DNA of 64,000 nt. Origin: Candidatus Uhrbacteria bacterium. GTDB lineage: Bacteria > Patescibacteriota > Patescibacteriia > JACQRZ01. The translations under genes and the position numbers were made by a program. The stretch is taken from NCBI GenBank assembly GCA_016206155.1, contig JACQSC010000002.1, forward strand, positions 15,473-79,472, read 5' to 3'. Shown piece after piece: positions 61,332 through 64,000 of the stretch. Below the pieces are notes generated by a model that saw only the letters and a list, made by a program, of their open reading frames with translations, made no database searches and had not been told where the DNA came from. Every line of letters starts with the position of its first letter. Position 1 is the stretch's first letter.

Positions 61332-61450
61332 GCGCACGAGACGATCATTGGCATCCCAGTTGTCGTTGTCGAGCCAATTCCAGTTCAGCACCCACCGGTC
61401 GTCGTTCCAGTTGAGGTACGCGACGTTGCGGTTGCCATCCGGATTGCGCC
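61332..61450 (-). repeat. DGR template-repeat (TR)-like sequence
   Basis: AAC/AAT/GAC-rich, reads NPDGNRNVAYLNWNDDRWVLNWNWLDNDNWDANDRLVR; aligns without gaps to 61782-61871 with adenine-biased differences. Confidence 0.75.
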
Positions 61451-61757
61451 GTGCGTACGAAATGTCATCCATACCACCACCCTTCGAGTGCTCTCAGGGT
61501 TGTATCTCATTTGGGATCTATAATCCACCAACATTTCGTACCGAGTCTCTTCCGTTTTTGAAATCGTACAAACGCTCTGCGGAAAGCCGTGGCCGTCCGC
61601 ACTCTGATCTGAAAAATTCCAGAGTTCGGCTGCATGAAGCCATAACCGCATGCTGGCCTACGCTCTGAGAGATAGTATATCACAGGAAAAGAAAAAAAGG
61701 CCAAAGGATCAAACCGCCTGACGGCGGAAGATCCAATGACCCCAAGGGGCATAGTGC

Positions 61758-62345
61758 CTAGTTGGAAGAGACCTCGCGGAGGCGCAGGAGACGACCGCGG
61801 CCAGACCAGTCGCCGCCGCCCAGACGATTCCAGAGCCGGTACCACCGCCCGCCGTCCCAGCCGACAAACGCGGCATCGGCACCGTTGCGCTCTTCGGGAA
61901 AGGCGAAGTACACCTTCCCGCGCAGGGCGACAGGAATCTCGTCCTGATGGTCGAGGATCCACTGACTGTCTTCCGCGCCCATGTTGGCATGGAGCTTCTT
62001 GCCGCGCTCGTGCATGACGGTGCCGTCCACCCAGCCCCTGTCGCCTTTCTCGACAAAGGTCAGGATGTCGTAGATGCGGCCGCCGAGCGTCATCTCGGTC
62101 GGGAGCTCGTCGGTGGCGGGCTTTTCCGGCGCGGAAGACGTGAGGTCGTCTTCCTGCTTGCCGAGCACCTCGGAAATAACCTGCTGGAGCGCGGGAGCTG
62201 CCTTGGCGTGAAGCTTCTTCTTCATGCCGATGAGCCGCTGCGCGTCTTCGAAGGTCAACTTCGGGATGTCGGTGATGAGGGTCGCCGCGATGTCGAGAAT
62301 CTGTTCCTGCGTTGCCATACGGACTGTCTCAGTGGCCAGAGCCAT
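61758..62345 (-). CDS. Putative DGR target protein with C-terminal variable region
   Basis: GC-rich ORF with GAAAGGA SD; C-terminus WDGGRWYRLWNRLGGGDWSGRGRLLRLR is homologous to the TR. Confidence 0.7.
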   Translation of the reverse strand: MALATETVRMATQEQILDIAATLITDIPKLTFEDAQRLIGMKKKLHAKAAPALQQVISEVLGKQEDDLTSSAPEKPATDELPTEMTLGGRIYDILTFVEKGDRGWVDGTVMHERGKKLHANMGAEDSQWILDHQDEIPVALRGKVYFAFPEERNGADAAFVGWDGGRWYRLWNRLGGGDWSGRGRLLRLREVSSN

Positions 62346-63088
62346 TTGAGCTGTTCCTTTCTGTTCCGACCGGCCTATCCCGAAATCGGGCACCGTCTCT
62401 TCTTTTGAGACGAGCAATAAACCTACTTATCACTTAAAATAGGCTTATTGCTCGTCTCATTTCCTCCTGATTATTCAAAGAACTTTATGAATTAAAGCAA
62501 ATTTTCGGTTGCTTGTCAATGGCAAAAGGTCAAAATCTTAATGTTTTCCTTATATTTTCAACAATTCCTTTCTCAATCCAAGCCCTCCCGTTTTACCTTC
62601 GGCCCATTTCCCTTCATACCAGTATTTGTCTGCGCAGTATGTTTCTCCGGTGAGACTGGTAATCACGGGTTTTCGAGAGGTCGAAATATCTCAGTGAAAA
62701 GCAAAGAAGGCCGTCAGATAGTTCATACCGCTTTGAACTATCCGCGATACTAGCATCCGGCATCGGAAAACTCCTCGGCCGGACTCAAAAATGGCATACA
62801 TTTTTGAGCTGCCACCCGAGAGCGGGGCGGCTATTTGGAGAGGTTCATCCTCCGTGATCCATGGATAAAGTTTGGTCGGACGATCCGGAAGTTTGGGGCC
62901 AAATCTGACGAGCTACCAGTACAACCAAATAGATATCCCCTATGGATAGCGGTGAACAGAAATATCGATCCGTTTTTATAACACCCCGTGCATTCTTGGT
63001 GGCAAGCCTCTCTAATCTCTAATGGCTCTAATGGGGTCAGGAGCCATTATTTTGTTTTTCATTACAAAACTGCTAGGATTCATACGCT

Positions 63089-64000
63089 ATGGATCCTATT
63101 ATATCCGCTCACAATCTATCAAAACAATTTCAATTCGCTGTGAAGAATCCTGCGCATGGATTCGTGCGCAATCTTTTTAATCCCGAGCGCAAAACAATAA
63201 CGGCGGTTGACGGCATTTCCTTTTCTGTCCATAGGGCTGAGTCGCTCGCGTTTATCGGGCCAAATGGCGCCGGCAAGTCAACATGCATAAAAATGCTGAC
63301 AGGCATTCTGTATCCCACCTCGGGGAGCATTAGCGTGAGTGGTTTGAATCCGCAAAAAGACAGAAGAGCATTGAGCTATCACATTGGCACGGTCTTTGGC
63401 CAGCGGTCACAGCTCATGTTCAATTTGCCCGCGCGCGATTCATTTGAACTTTTTGGAAAGATTTACGGACTGTCAAACACTGAGATCGCACAGCGGCAAA
63501 AAGAATTGATAGAGCTTTTTGATCTTGGAGAATTCGCCAATCAGCCGGTGCGCAAGCTTTCGCTCGGACAGCGTATGCGCTGTGAAATTGCCGCATCACT
63601 CATCCATAATCCGGAAATTATTTTTCTTGATGAGCCGACGATCGGTCTGGATGTTGTCGCAAAACAAAATCTTCGCGACGTTCTTTCCCGCCTGAACAAG
63701 GAACATGGCACAACGCTTTTTCTCACATCGCATGACCCTGGCGATATTGAGGCGTTGTGCGAACGGACGATTATCATCAATCACGGCACAATAATGTTTG
63801 ATGCGCCGACTGACGACCTTCAAAAGAAATTTTTTACCAACAAAGAAATACGCGTTGAATTCAAAGAGAAGACAACAAATCCTCATATCGCTAACGCGAC
63901 ACTGGTTGAATGCGATGGCAGAATCGCGCATTTTGTCGTGGATACACATCGCCATTCATTGAACAATGTATTAAAAGATATTCTTTTTGCATACGAGGTA
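63089..64000 (+). CDS. ABC-2 type transporter ATP-binding protein, truncated by the window end
   Basis: GPNGAGKST, VFGQRSQL, LSLGQRMR, LDEPTIGLD, TSHD. Confidence 0.9.
   Translation, partial: MDPIISAHNLSKQFQFAVKNPAHGFVRNLFNPERKTITAVDGISFSVHRAESLAFIGPNGAGKSTCIKMLTGILYPTSGSISVSGLNPQKDRRALSYHIGTVFGQRSQLMFNLPARDSFELFGKIYGLSNTEIAQRQKELIELFDLGEFANQPVRKLSLGQRMRCEIAASLIHNPEIIFLDEPTIGLDVVAKQNLRDVLSRLNKEHGTTLFLTSHDPGDIEALCERTIIINHGTIMFDAPTDDLQKKFFTNKEIRVEFKEKTTNPHIANATLVECDGRIAHFVVDTHRHSLNNVLKDILFAYEV

Noticed and set aside
61188-61472. 94-aa Asn/Trp-rich ORF as a real protein
   Set aside because: Better explained as the open frame of a template repeat.
61507-61660. Possible avd pseudogene on the minus strand between VR and TR (LEFF..LSAERLYDF..VGGL)
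   Set aside because: The resemblance is faint and needs frameshifts; it cannot be supported without an HMM search.
62520-63000. Right boundary (att duplication) or gene remnant of the tRNA-Glu island
   Set aside because: No copy of the tRNA 3' end and no recognisable reading frame were found.

Overview
A 64-kb stretch of a small-genome bacterial chromosome. Gene content, sparse Shine-Dalgarno sites and the repeat types suggest Patescibacteria/CPR (inference), read in standard code 11. It is mostly housekeeping genes (manB, murI, trpS, rnj, secG, htpX, lemA, uvrA, leuS, glyA, holA, rpsT, lgt, pyk, groEL/ES, comM, lspA, pnp, rpsO, rfbCD, ruvB, tsaDE) plus five canonical tRNAs. Accessory DNA includes several toxin-antitoxin modules, an IS481-like element, a MITE, an intein in RuvB and two tRNA-abutting LAGLIDADG-like genes. 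The most notable signals are: (1) an island at tRNA-Glu with a serine recombinase joined to a DGR-like template repeat/variable repeat pair and no reverse transcriptase in view; (2) three copies of the 3' end of a CofE-like gene separating small defence cassettes; (3) a tRNA-shaped RNA whose anticodon loop is replaced by a 38-nt hairpin; (4) heptamer-flanked mini-elements derived from four-helix-bundle genes that share one internal deletion; (5) a promoter-driven, hairpin-rich intergenic RNA candidate. All alignments and folds were done by eye and no database searches were run.
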